A stretch of 62,260 nt of DNA, the filler included, from Hausera hauseri (lineage: Eukaryota), in the NCBI GenBank assembly GCA_046269625.1. It is 9 parts of 9 records of this genome, joined end to end, with 100 filler letters (N's around TTAATTAATTAA, not from the genome) between each part and the next. Parts side by side here need not be neighbours in the genome. Positions count along the whole stretch, not along the records: positions 1 to 4,193 come from JBJURY010709103.1; positions 4,294 to 8,629 come from JBJURY010630108.1; positions 8,730 to 16,391 come from JBJURY010002125.1; 6 more parts are not named here. The stretch is one strand, 5' to 3'. A program made the position numbers and the translations under genes. Below are positions 1-12,319 of this stretch, piece by piece (position 1 is the stretch's first letter; every line of letters starts with the position of its first letter). Under the pieces are notes generated by a model. It ran no database searches. It saw nothing but the letters and a program-made list of their open reading frames with translations, and was not told the origin of the DNA.

Positions 1-1132
1 TTTTTTGTTAGTTATTTTCGCTTTTTTTATAATAACATATTCATTTAGCTTTCATATTATATTTTTAACATTTATTTACTTAAATTTCTTTTCAGATTGC
101 CAATGCCAGCATAAATGTATGTTATTAATTTGCAACGGGTGTACTATTTGTCCAAAAGTGTCATATCTTACATAACATCTTTTGTATGTAATTATAATTT
201 TTATAGATGTTTGTAAGTACATTCTAAATTATTAATGCAACAAAAAAACTTTAATTTAGGTAAATTTTTTCATGAGTCTTATTAAATGTAACGTGGTGTA
301 AAAGAAATGAACAATAATGCAAAAGAAGCAATATCAGACTGTATCCGTAATTACAGAAAAAAGTACAATATCGGACTCAACCCATTTTCTAACCAGACGG
401 GAATGTTCAAGTAACAGTCGTGCCAATGTTATTGCGTAATAATGTATAATCCCTGCGTGAGGCTCGCCCATGATTTCTGTACAATAGCATTTTCTTCCTT
501 CATGGATCTCCATACAAATTTTTAAATTTATATTCGGAAAATAGTTTTAAAATGTGGAAGTTCTTTAGGAGTAACACTTATTGGTACATTAAACAATAAG
601 TCTTAGATGACAATAATTTTGAGGTTTATTTGGCTGTGATATTTCGATCTTGCTAATATCTTCCTCAGAGTATAGGCCTTTTTCTTTTTGTCTTCGTATG
701 AGTTCATTTTTTTGTTCTTTTTCTTTTTGTTCGTATTTTATAAATAAACGAATAAAAAAACAAATTTATCATTATAAAAACTGATTAATTCAAAGTACAA
801 AACCAAAAAATAAGTCACAAATTACAAAAAAGCAGACTAAAACGAATCAAATGCAAAATATAACAATAGAAATTGATAGAGACAAAATATCCGTTACATG
901 GGTAAATCGAACATCATTTCAGAAAATTTCAATGCGATAAAGAAATTTTAATTTCATTTATAAAACTAAAGTAAATATTGAAAATAAAAGGATACAAAAA
1001 TATAAAAATAAACAAAATTAAAATAATCTCCATGGCTACAGATTAAATGAAATTATGTTCATTTTACCCCATGAAACCCATCACCGATTAAAATAAAACA
1101 GTTACGACAAAAGGTACAAAGTCAAACACAGG

Positions 1133-1951
1133 TCAGTTGAATAGATCATATAAATCCTCTTCTATCGTTAAGAGGATTTCTTTGTATCCCTCATCTGTTC
1201 TGTCATCCTTATGAATCATACTTTTCACCGATTCCCTATGACATTCATAATGATCCTTGATTTTCTTGATTTCCTCGGAATAATCTTTCCCGTCTAACCA
1301 CTTTCTAACAGCAATCCGTTTACGGTCATTTTCCTTTCGATTTATGATTTGTAAATTCCAGGGCTTATTTAAAATTTTCGAAAAAACTCGATATTCGTCA
1401 AGCTGGCAGACGGTCATTAATATTTGCCTTTCTACAATATGATCGATTTCATATGTGGTAAATTCGTTTCTCAATTCAATTACCAATCTGCTGTTTCTAT
1501 GAACAGTTTCATTTAGAATGGCTGTTTGATCAAAATCATAAGATTTTCTTAAAAAATTGTGGAGAATTCCTTCGGTATACAGAAACTGTTGACTCCATTT
1601 ATGCCTTCTCATACGACTTCGTATTTCATCTCGATTATCTAAATAACGTTCGTATGACTTTCTAACATCGATTAAAGTTTTTTCATTAAGTTCTTCTATA
1701 CAATTATTTTTCAAACAATGTAGGTATTTATCAATTGTATCATCTGATTGCGGTTTGTTTTTTCTTTTACAAGGTGTCTGAAAAAACTGAACAAATTGAA
1801 TTTGTTCATCAATTGTGTATGGTTGGCTACATTGACAATCATACTGTTGAAGGGCAGCCACAATTATTTCAAATGGAACTTGGTAATCAATATAGAACTT
1901 ACCGCTCCATTGTATTTTAGGATAGTGTGAATTCTGAGCATAAACAGCCAT
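1133..1951 (-). CDS. Intact 272-aa protein with C-terminal HNH-like nuclease motif
   Basis: Uninterrupted ORF; YEIDHIVERQ...ILNKPWNLQIINRKENDRK fits the DH..E.Q / N...NL......N..K pattern of His-Me finger (HNH) nucleases. Confidence 0.5.
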   Translation of the reverse strand: MAVYAQNSHYPKIQWSGKFYIDYQVPFEIIVAALQQYDCQCSQPYTIDEQIQFVQFFQTPCKRKNKPQSDDTIDKYLHCLKNNCIEELNEKTLIDVRKSYERYLDNRDEIRSRMRRHKWSQQFLYTEGILHNFLRKSYDFDQTAILNETVHRNSRLVIELRNEFTTYEIDHIVERQILMTVCQLDEYRVFSKILNKPWNLQIINRKENDRKRIAVRKWLDGKDYSEEIKKIKDHYECHRESVKSMIHKDDRTDEGYKEILLTIEEDLYDLFN

Positions 1952-2804
1952 GCTGGAATTGACAGTAAAACTGGGGTATTTCCAAAATTCAGTAAATTAC
2001 TAAAAATAGATGACCTTGGAATGTGATCGTGAATTAGAGTGGATTAACAAAAAAGTGGAAACTTGGATAATTTCAGCTTTATTTAATTTTACTCATGTAA
2101 TCAGCACGTTGTAGTAAAGTTCTACAATTTGTCCGGTTTTTCACCGGATTTTTTTGGAAAACTTACTGTCAAACAACAAGTATTAGTTGACACGAAATTT
2201 GTTGTGAGAAAAGTAATATTGATGTTATTAACCGTTCATGCTTGTGTGTATAATTTATTGCGTATACATTTAGAAAATTATACTACACTATTTATGAAAA
2301 TTTTAACCCACTGTAAATATTTTAGTCATCACAAGACAATGTAAGTAGAATATTTGAATGATATAAACAGTTCTTCTAAATATTTTAAAATGATCTTGGC
2401 TAAAGTGAATAAACTGGAAAAATTTTGATAGATGAGGATCAAAATATACATAGATGCTTTGGTGGATCACAAAGCCGACTTCTACTCATTATTGATATCT
2501 CCTTATTTTACTTATTACAAATTGGGCAATGTCATTCTTGGTGTTGGTATTGGTATAGAAATGTGCCACTTAAGTTTTTCATGAAGAGATTTTGCTCCAT
2601 TTAAAACCAGAAAGGTGCACCTGTTAAAGCGCCGAGAATTAACTATGGACGTAGGCCGTTTGTGCTGTCTTTGGCATCTTGATAGTGCTTCAAAAGTCAA
2701 ATATTTTCGTACCATATATAATTTAAGAATTCTTCTGTTTACTGTTTAATCATCATTTTTTTAAATTAGGATATAATTTTTTTTCTTTTTTCGAAGATAA
2801 GAAT

Positions 2805-4193
2805 AGTAGTAGTTATAAAAGGAGGGTTTGGAAACGGACCCTCAAATTTTTTAAAAAATTTCCATAATTTTTAAAAAAATTTTTATAATTTTTAAAAAAA
2901 ATTTTCATAATTTTTGTAAAAAGTTTTCATAATTTTTTAAAAAATTTTCAAATATATTTATTCAATCTTTTAAAAAATATTCAATAAAAATGAGCGCAAA
3001 TAATTCAAATTGTAAATTTTGTGAAACAGGACACAATAATAAAATCAGATAATAAATACATCTGTAGTGAATGCACAATTTGTAAATGTTGTATAAATAT
3101 TATTGTCATAAAAATGAATACGATATTAATTTCCAAATGAATGAGGAAGTAAGTTGTTTAAATTCATCACTTTGTTATTAATAGTTTCTATTTAGATTTG
3201 GATTATTTCCATAGAATTAGTAAGTTTTTCTGTTTTGTTAATTAAATTATAATTTATTAATTATTATTCACAAGCTAATTGTGTTTTTTATCCCTTATAG
3301 ACCTAATAACTATCCATCTAATATTTAGCTCATAACATGTTATCGTTCATGTGTAAAGTTAATACTTATATAGAAAGAAGAAATATTAGTGATGTAACTG
3401 ATAATTAGACGAATTCATTGTATTTTGTGACATAACATGAGTGACAGTAGTTAGAAAATGGGGGTTCTGCCCCAGCTCCCAGGGTTCGGTAATCAACAAA
3501 TCGTTTTTGCACATGTGCTGATCGATAGTGCACCCGGAGCACTATCGATCCAGAAAGTGCCTAGCAACGGTGCAGCTAGGCACTGTTGCTAAGGGTACTT
3601 TTCACAAATCAATAACTGCACAGTGCACTATTGATCGAATCGATCTGCACTTTGTGCTAGTCGATAGGGCACATAAATGCACATAGATTGGTGCAAGTGC
3701 AAATGCGCAGCACATGTGCAAGTGTGCAAATATCAATAATATTGGATTTTCGAAAAATCAATAATCGATCATTAGGTCTCGGGACCGGGTGCAATCTGTA
3801 ATGCACTTGATGTTGTATGTGAATGTGAAATTAAAATTTAAATCGATTGATTGGTTTTCGAATAATTCTCAAGTTGGACAGAACCGCCACAGGCCTTTCC
3901 GCTATAAATTTTAAATCAATAATCTCAAAATGGCACATATACAGGCGTGTGCAGTACTTGATGTAGTATCGAATGGTGCACAATTCGAGTGTTCCGTGTT
4001 TATTGATCGGTGTGCATGAGCACTTTTTCACTTTACGCACTTATGCAATTGTGCAGCGTAGGATTGATGGAATTGATCAGGGTCAAGTGCAGGTGGATAG
4101 AGCGCATCGAGATGCACCCAGATATTTAATGTGCAGTGCAAAAATATGTGTGCAAGTGTGTAAAAATCAATAATATCGAATTTCCGATAAATC
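2805..4193 (+). mobile_element. Probable Polinton/Maverick terminus and terminal-repeat region
   Basis: Starts AGTAGTAGTTATAAAAGGAGG (Polinton-type AGTAGT end), then tandem AT-rich TTTTAAAAAATTTTCATAA units and a GTGCAC/ATCGAT/AATCAATAAT-rich block similar to the one beside pPolB at 35770-35960. Confidence 0.5.
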
Positions 4194-4293
4194 NNNNNNN
4201 NNNNNNNNNNNNNNNNNNNNNNNNNNNNNNNNNNNNNTTAATTAATTAANNNNNNNNNNNNNNNNNNNNNNNNNNNNNNNNNNNNNNNNNNNN
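4194..4293. other. Artificial contig linker (N-TTAATTAATTAA-N, stops in six frames); identical linkers at 8630-8729, 16392-16491, 22109-22208, 27126-27225, 36673-36772, 52601-52700, 58026-58125
   Basis: Eight 100-nt N blocks each centred on TTAATTAATTAA. Confidence 0.98.
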
Positions 4294-4402
4294 AAAATTT
4301 TCATTAAATTTTTTAAAAATTTACAATTTGAATAATTAATAATTAAAAATAAATAAATAAATAATTAATTAATTAAAAAGAATTAGTTTATAAAAAATTG
4401 GG

Positions 4403-4539
4403 AGTAGTTGTATAAGGAGGGATATGGGTCTGTTTTTTAATTTTTTAAAAAAATTTTCATGCGTGAGCGGTGGCGAACGGATGAAAATTTTTTAAAAAAA
4501 ATTGAGGAGCTGGTCCATAATCCTCCTTATACAACTACT
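4403..4539. mobile_element. ~137-bp foldback mini-element with AGTAGT...ACTACT ends (Polinton-end-derived MITE-like)
   Basis: AGTAGTTGTATAAGGAGG / CCTCCTTATACAACTACT perfect 18-bp inverted ends, complementary inner arms, ~20-nt GC-rich loop; arm resembles 2808-2865. Confidence 0.7.
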
Positions 4540-4540
4540 C

Positions 4541-7500
4541 TCAAATTGGATTTGTCTTGATCGCCAAGTACAATAATACTTTTCTTAGCTCTTCTATCGT
4601 ATTTTGAACCATAATTTTCTCAACTACTGCGTTGTCAGTTAGGCTACTTTTTGACAATTTGAAACTGAAACTTCTCATTGTCCTAGCTGTGTTGAATATC
4701 GCCTTTTCTTTCTCATCTAATATATCTCCGTAAAGATTCGAATAATTTACGATACGTATTAAATTCTTCATTAACTCGCTTAGTTTCTCATTATCTGTAC
4801 TAAAAGTAGGAATCGATATTTGTCTTAATTCTCTTATCAGTTTTTTGTTATAGTCGATTTCTTCTCGGGGCTTCCTAGGTCTGCCGACTGGGCGTTTTGG
4901 TCTTTGAGTATTAGCTGGCATTCCACTTAGCGGTACTAAATTCTTGTCGTATTGTTCCTTGTCATCATCCGTCTGTAAATACTCGAAATACATTGCCTCA
5001 TCTAGTACGTCCATGATTTTCCCTACACATTGTTCTGTTTTAGCCTTTCGCGTGGCTTCTTTTGCCTGTTCATTGGCTATTATTACTACTATTCGATTTA
5101 TTTCGTCGGGGATAATTCCGACGTTTATTAGCTGTTCTAAATCGTCGAGTATTCTTCCTCTAAAGTAAAATCTGTAATTTACTTTATTTGTTCCGCCATT
5201 GTTTAGTAACCATTCTCTTACATCATTTACGTAGGAATAAGTAGTTAACTCACATTCTTTTTCTTCCATCTACTAGGATGATACCATTATTTCCATCATT
5301 ACTTCGGGTTTAGTCTTCAAGATGTCTGTGTATTTTTTTATCAAAAGTTTTGGCACCGTGCTGTAAATCGTATTTTCTCTAGATAGTTTAGTCAAAGTCG
5401 GAATAAGTTGTTTGAGCTTATTTTCGGTGATATTTACGTTAATTAATTCAATCAGATTCTTCTCTGTTAGCGCTGAGTCCAGTAGCATCTCTACGTTGAA
5501 TTTCCTATTTTGCGGGTACCTTTCCATTTCATCTAGATGTACCGGAGTTGTAGGGTTTTCGGCCACTATTTCTTCTAAGTAAGCTTCCAATTCTGGTTCA
5601 TTTCCGATGTCAGGAAGTCCATAGTCTATCAGGGCGGTGTTTGTTCCTTGTACCTTTGCTCGGATTTCTTTTAATTTGGGTTGTATTTCTTTCATTTGCG
5701 TGGTATGGAAGCCTATTCAGTTTCCACAGGCATACTGAATCATTTTCAATAGCTCGCCTAATTTGTAAGAATCAATGAGTCCCTTTTAGTGGTAGTCAGT
5801 TAGTTCATTAATTACGTCTCTTTGCCATCTTTGTACAAACTCTCGCTTGTTCCTGATTTTTGCTTCGGTAAAAGCGTATTTGTCCCGGTAGTTCTTAAAT
5901 TTTTTTGCCAATTCGTCTAGTCTCGTTACTCTTTGTTTCGTTCGAATGCACGTTTCTTCAATTTGTCTTAGTTTTGGCATTAATTGTCTCATCTTTATAT
6001 TATCGATTTCTGCTATTTCTACTAATGTGTAGGCTTATACATTTCGTTTATGACCTTGGAATCTGGGTCTATTGCATCAAGAAATTTCTTCGCGAATTTA
6101 CATTCTTTGAGACTTAGATACTGATCGTTTCTCATTTTTGTTAGCTCGGTGTGGCAATTTTGGTCTGTACCGGCAATCCATTCCAGTGGCTTGTGTAAGA
6201 ATCTTACTGCCTCTATTAGAGCAGGCCTATATTGTGAACAAATATCTAATGTTTCGATGTCCGGAACTAAGATCTCTTAAAGAAATTTCTTTGTTAGTTG
6301 TCGGATTCCCTCTAATCGGATGCTTCTTAATTTTATATAAAAATTGTTAATCATTTTCTGTTTTTCTATAAAGTTGATCTCCTCGATCATTTTATAAATC
6401 TCTTCTAATATTGCGGTTTCCTGTTCTCTATTTATGAATTTTAATCGCCGCAAGGCTTCGATTTGTGTCCGGATATTTATCTATGTTTGTATCGTATCTA
6501 AGTTACGTGTTTCTTCTTCTTGTCGTTGTTTTACGGATGGCTCACTTTCCGGAAATTCTTCCTTACGGTCTTTTATTTATTTACTTATTCTTGTTATTAA
6601 TTCGGACCATTCTGATAATTTACTGCGATTATCGGTTTTGCTAATATTGAAATGTCTAACATTTTATATGCATCCTTTAGTTCGTCGTCTGGGCCTGTTA
6701 TAAAATTCATAATTTGGCTCACATAGTTAAACTCATCTCGATATTCATCCAACTCTATGATGCATGTTTTTATTATATATTTGGTTTCTTCATTATCCAT
6801 GAACGTGATCCGATTTCTTAAATTATTATTTTCCGTTCTTCTTTCATTTTCCATTTTAATGCGACACTCTAAGTCTGCATATTGCCTGGGTTCGGCAAAA
6901 GTGACTTTTATTATTATCATTAATGGGGGAATGTCTACCGGGTCTATGTCCAGTATCTCTATATCAATATCTCGTTGGTTATTGACCGGTTTCTCTCTAA
7001 GCCGATTAATCATCGAGTGACGTATTCCATCCATTTTTCATTCTAGGTTACAGGCTACTCTTTTCGACTTGGGGTTCACTTCTAAAGTGAATAATAATGT
7101 CTGTGCCTCGGCGACTCTTTCGCTCACACTATCTTCACCTTTGCTCCATCTTGACAAAAATTCGACTTCACTTTTTTTCATAAATCTAATTCATGGTTTC
7201 ATTTTGTCAACGTATCCTGTGATACCTCTTCCGGTTGTCTCGCTTCGATTGCTTCACCAAGCTTTCTCTCGCTGCACAATTTTAAACTCTTATATAATTT
7301 CTCTGCAAATTGTTGTTCTTTTCCAGATATGTCTGTCTGTTTGCTAATTTTTCTGAGTCTCTCCAAGTTATATTGGAGTACCTTCGGGTCGCAGCACTTA
7401 ATCCTCATTTTCTTTAATTCATCGTCATTCTTCCATGAACGTCTAATTTTCCATTTCTTTGCATCTAGATCATTGCTATTTTCTGTTTCTTCTTCACTCT

Positions 7501-8629
7501 TGGGGAGTGGGCAAATTTTATTTATTTCGTCGTTAGTATTTACTATCTCCGGTGTTTCCAAGTTTTCCAGAGTCTTTTCAGGTATGATGAAAATGTCTGA
7601 TGAAGGCGAATCATCTACGAAAGTGATAGTATAGGAGCTTCCTTTTTCTTCCAATTCCTTCTTAATGGGTGAACGAGAGCGAGTCTTAGACCTTCTCTTA
7701 AGTGATGGACATCTGCCTCCTTTCTTTGTTATTTTAAGGACTAAGGGCCCTATAAATTCACTTTCGACTTCGTATGTTGTCTCGTCAGGTTTGTATATTT
7801 CAGCTTCTATTTCTGCGTCTAAGTCTACATTTTGAGATGTTGATGGTTTCTCGGACTGCTCTATACCTTGCGGAACAGACTTCTTACGTGCCATATTCGT
7901 ACTGTTCGGTGCCAATGCCCATTCTTCTTTGGCTTGTGGTTCTCGTAATCCATGATAAACTTCCATTAGTAGTAATTTCTTTTCATATTCTTTCCTAGCG
8001 TTCATTACTTGAGGGTTTTTAGTTTCGCTTAGATTTCTTACAGATCTGCGTAAATCTTGCATTTCAATGATCAGACTTATATCACCCTGTTTACCATAGA
8101 TGGCTTCTAAGTAATTTTTAATCATACTTGTTTTGTTCGGTTCGGTAAATGTGACACTTCTAGGATTTGGACATGACCTAGCAACGTGTCCTTCTTTTCC
8201 ACATGTAAAGCAGATTAAATTCCCATTCCAACCGATCCTTTGTCGGCCATCTTCATTTACAGGCGATTTTGCCCTGTTTGTATTCTTATTCTGGCTCTGT
8301 AGCGTTTGTCTATTATCTCCGTCATATCTGTTATCCGCATATTTATTGTTAGATCGGTAACCACTTTGGTTCCTATCTGAATTGTAACTAGATTTATTAT
8401 ACGAGTTATTTCGGTTATTACTAAAATTTCTGTCATTCCTTTGATTTCTATTGTGAACGTTTTGATTTCAGTTATCAAAACCTCGGTTCCGGTTATTATC
8501 GTTAAATCGTCTGTTATCTTGATTATCGTTTCTATTCCGGTTATTGCGGTCATTATTCCTTTCATGTTTGTTACCTTGCTGAGCATATCTCTAATGCCAT
8601 TTCTAAATCTTGGACTAATTGTAATGTCC
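4541..8629 (-). pseudogene. Partial copy B of giant Gypsy element: Gag C-terminus with CCHC knuckle plus long extension with ubiquitin-like domain and AT-hook
   Basis: Reverse-strand CFTCGKEGHVARSC at ~8172-8213; peptides collinear with 38040-41750; YRFYFRGRILDD (Ubl) and KRPVGRPRK; many stops and frameshifts. Confidence 0.9.
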
Positions 8630-8744
8630 NNNNNNNNNNNNNNNNNNNNNNNNNNNNNNNNNNNNNNNNNNNNTTAATTAATTAANNNNNNNNNNNNNNN
8701 NNNNNNNNNNNNNNNNNNNNNNNNNNNNNGGGTTTTGTTGGTGT

Positions 8745-9660
8745 TCATTATTTGGTAAAAAATTTTGATAAAATGTTAAATGAAGTTTTGTTCCATAAAT
8801 ATGATTTCAGTTTATTTTCCGATTCTGACAAGTTTTATTTCTTCGTATGGGGAATTGCTTCAGACTCAGTCAAAACATCTTTTACTAAGATTATTTTGTC
8901 AAAAAAACAAATGGATTCGATTTGACAAAAATTAAATGATTCAGCTTGTCAATATTTCAATGATCTCTTAATAAACGGATTTACAATAAATGATTTTAAT
9001 GGGATTTCTTTGCAAGAAAAATTAAACTTCCTTAAATGTGACGAATTGCTTAGTTTGGATAAGCATTTCAGTCGAAAATATCGCATTAAACGTCGAGAAG
9101 AAATGATTTCAATTATCATCAAAGCATCCAATAATAAAGGTGAAATCCCTAATTTTTTCAAACCGAAATCGAATGTTTCTTTACGAAACAAAATCGACAC
9201 GGCTGTCAATGGATATTTATCATCGATGTTTAAAATTGTTCCGAGAATCTGCATAGTTCTATCGATGATTGTAACACTGTTTACGATAACCAGTGACCGA
9301 ATCGATAACTGTAATCACATCGGAGTTTTATTTCAGAAGGAAAATTTCTTTTTTCTGCAAATCGACAGAGGGAAATCGTACTTCCAATCTATAAATTGTC
9401 ACGAACTTCGAATATTTTCAATAATTCTCAATTGTTAATTCGGTACAGCGAGTTACTAGATCACACGATGAGGATGCGTTACTTAATCGACAGCAAACAA
9501 TTCGTTATTGCATTCGAGGAATATTGTGTCATCAAAAATTGTTTTCGGCAGATTTATTATTCGTCAAACAATCCGAATATTTATCGACAATGCTGCGAAA
9601 ATTCTGTTTGAGTATTTTGCTGACCTACGCGTATTCTATTGCTGTTGGTTTATTGGAAAA
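8745..9660 (+). pseudogene. FAN1: FAN1 (Fanconi-associated nuclease 1)-like fragment, intronless and frameshifted
   Basis: NFDKMLNEVLFHKYDFSLF, LLRLFCQKNKWIRFD, LNFLKCDELLSL (SAP-like), SNIFNNSQLLIRYSELL and DLRVFYCCWFI follow the order of conserved FAN1 segments. Confidence 0.6.
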
Positions 9661-9679
9661 ACGTTACCAGTACGATCCA

Positions 9680-10470
9680 AAATGGAGTGGAGATTATTAA
9701 CGACGAAGAATTATTTTCCAAAACGTTGATTCGAGGCAAACGGGGATTCAATGCAGCAGTGGCCAATATTCCAACAGGCGGAGATTTCCCCGGTGATGTT
9801 GCGTGGCATTTATATGAAACATTCGGTTATCCGAAAGATCTTACGATGTTGATGTGCCAAGAAAAGGGTCTGAATATGGATGGGGATTCATTCGATGATT
9901 GTCATAAACGAGCACAGGAAATATCCCAACACAAAATGTAGTCGGGGATAGATTGGAGTTGGACGTCCACGATACAAATTTGTTTCTGACTCAAGAAGTG
10001 AGATCAACAGACGACAGTAGAAAATACGATTATTCATTTGACAATAAAGGACAATATGAAATTAATCCGTGTCAAGCAAAAGTTATTGCCATTAAAATAA
10101 AGAGTGGATTCGTTGAGCAAGTGACCAACGTTGAGAAGTTAGTCGGTATCGTTCTTGATTCAACAAACTTTTATGCGGAACAAGGCGGACAAGTGGCAGA
10201 TTTTGGCAACTTGATTGCTGTTGATGGTGACTTTGAGGTGACAGATGTGCACCTGTTTAGTGAATACGTGTTACACATTGGTCATGTGCAGCAGGGCATA
10301 CTTCGAATTGGGGATTTGGTGAATTTGGATGTTCATGGGACTCGACATAGTGCTATAATATAAAATCACACTGGTACACACGTTCTCAATTACGCTTTGA
10401 GGGAAGCATTGAATGACACTGACCAAGAGGGATCTCTCGTTGCACCAGAAAAATTGCGATTCGATTTCAA
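9680..10470 (+). pseudogene. AARS1: Eukaryotic alanyl-tRNA synthetase internal fragment
   Basis: [64 protein letters not shown]; in-frame stops at 9939 and 10361. Confidence 0.92.
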
Positions 10471-10819
10471 ATCAGACGGAAGACGATGTGCATATTTAAT
10501 CGTGCTGAACATTGGATGGATTAGTAAAAAGGTAATGTTTCTTACATTATTAATATAGGTGAATATGTGCCACTTTTGAGGATAAAATGCTATAACTCTG
10601 CAATTATTCCTTGGCTGTTCTTATTTTCCCGTTTGTACAATTATTTAAAAAGTAGTGCCACCCTGTCATTCTCTCTGCGATCTGATAAAAAATCGTGTGC
10701 ACTAGCTCTAAAAAAGTTTTATTTTGTGTGGCCTAAAGCGATGGCTTGTATTGGGCTTCCGGATAATAACTTGGTTATCAGAGACAATCATACTAAAACA
10801 AATGTGGAAACAAATATAG

Positions 10820-11200
10820 TTTATCCGAAGCCATTACAGGTTCCTCTAGGTTTTGACTTCAAAGTTACGTTACCCGTAAACACTGTTATACCAGACTGCT
10901 GCATACCTTGCAATCGATACTATTTTAATGAATTTAATCTAAGAAAACTTGCCCGAATATACGTTGTCTTGTCGAGTTTTTTATATGTCGCTTCAACTGC
11001 ATTTACTATCTTAACTTTTCTTATTGATACAATACGTTTTCAATATCTAGACAGATCGATAATCTTCCTCTCGGCATGTTATCCAATCGGAATCACACAT
11101 GTTGCAGGGTTCTTTCTGAATTATCTTATTGCATGTGCTGGGTTATTCAACAATAAAGATATTGTTGATAATGAGTCAACGAATGAGTTGCGCATTATGT
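10820..11200 (+). pseudogene. Frizzled 7TM receptor fragment (linker, TM1, TM2)
   Basis: DCCIPC..YF, LARIY, STAFTILTFLIDTIRFQYLDRSIIFLSACY, AGFFL...IAC match the Frizzled TFLID..RF.YPERPIIFLS.CY motif; truncated at both ends. Confidence 0.88.
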
Positions 11201-11719
11201 ACACTCTGCTGTCATCCTATGACTTGTGCAGAAATGCGCAACAGACTACAGTCACGTTGTTGACGATGTACGAATGTATATCTTATCAACTTATGCAAAT
11301 ATGCCGAGCGCTCACACTCTGTTTACATCAGAAAGGATAAATTCCGCTGTAACCAATGGGAAAGCAATACAGGTGGGGAGGTCGGTCACTCCAAAATTTG
11401 GGACCCGCCGCGGCGAGACTAGTTCCCGGCCGCCCACCCTGCACCATTGCCTTAGACGACGCCGTTCGTTGCCGCCCTACGACACGCCTTCGGACATATC
11501 ACCTCACACTATTCCATCTTTTTTTGTCTAAATAACAAATATATACATATACACAGCATTGCATTTACACACTGCAACCAATCACAACGTCATCTCTACC
11601 TTATTTCGCTCCTCTGATTTCTACCTCACATACAATAGATTTGTAGTATCTTTCGCTGACCCCTCCAACTTTCTAAAACTTGCGTCTGCTTTCGTATTCA
11701 TTTTCGTATCAGTAGTGGC

Positions 11720-12211
11720 ATGGATTCGTCACCCACAAATGACACCACGGACAAACTCACTAAACAACAGATTTCCGTTATTCATTTACCAAATCACAGC
11801 GCTTTAAACATCTCGACACAACAAATTGCAATGCTGCAGCAACAAATTGCGCAATTAAGCACAGAAAATAAAATACTGCAAAAAACAATCAACAACATTA
11901 ACGACAAATTAAACGAATTAACGCTGCGTCGACGAGGTTTTCCTAGACCTGCTTCTCCTAATGTGCTTAATCAACATCAAAGATGGTCGCCTTCATCCGC
12001 GCGATCACTAATTTGCTATTATCGTAGCAAATTTTGTAGCAATGCTCAAAAATGCTGCATTGGTTGTAAATTTCTTTCCCCTGATTTTAATACAAACAAC
12101 GTCGTTTGCATCTACCATTTAAAATTTGGCACAAAAGCACAAAAATGCCTACCTGGCTGTACCTACAGCACACACAATAAGACCAACACTAACAAGCTCA
12201 CAAAGCAGTAG
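11720..12211 (+). pseudogene. Gag remnant of a conventional Ty3/Gypsy element with duplicated CxYHxxFGxxAxKC motif
   Basis: CYYRSKFCSNAQKC and CIYHLKFGTKAQKCLPGC directly upstream of protease. Confidence 0.75.
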
Positions 12212-12319
12212 TCCAAACTCACCAGCTCCAAAAAACTGATTTCGCCGCTAGGACACACGGCAAGCCCTAGCAAAGGCAACAACCAACAAAAACATAGTCG
12301 ACACATTCCTTTTGCTGTA

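Noticed and set aside
4238-4249. Recurrent TTAATTAATTAA motif as a regulatory or CRISPR-like repeat
   Set aside because: Always embedded in a 100-nt N linker; artificial. Adjacency across linkers has no biological meaning.
9639-10470. Stop-codon reassignment explaining in-frame stops in AARS, dUTPase and retro ORFs
   Set aside because: All three stop types occur together with frameshifts and deletions, at different positions in different copies, which indicates ordinary decay.
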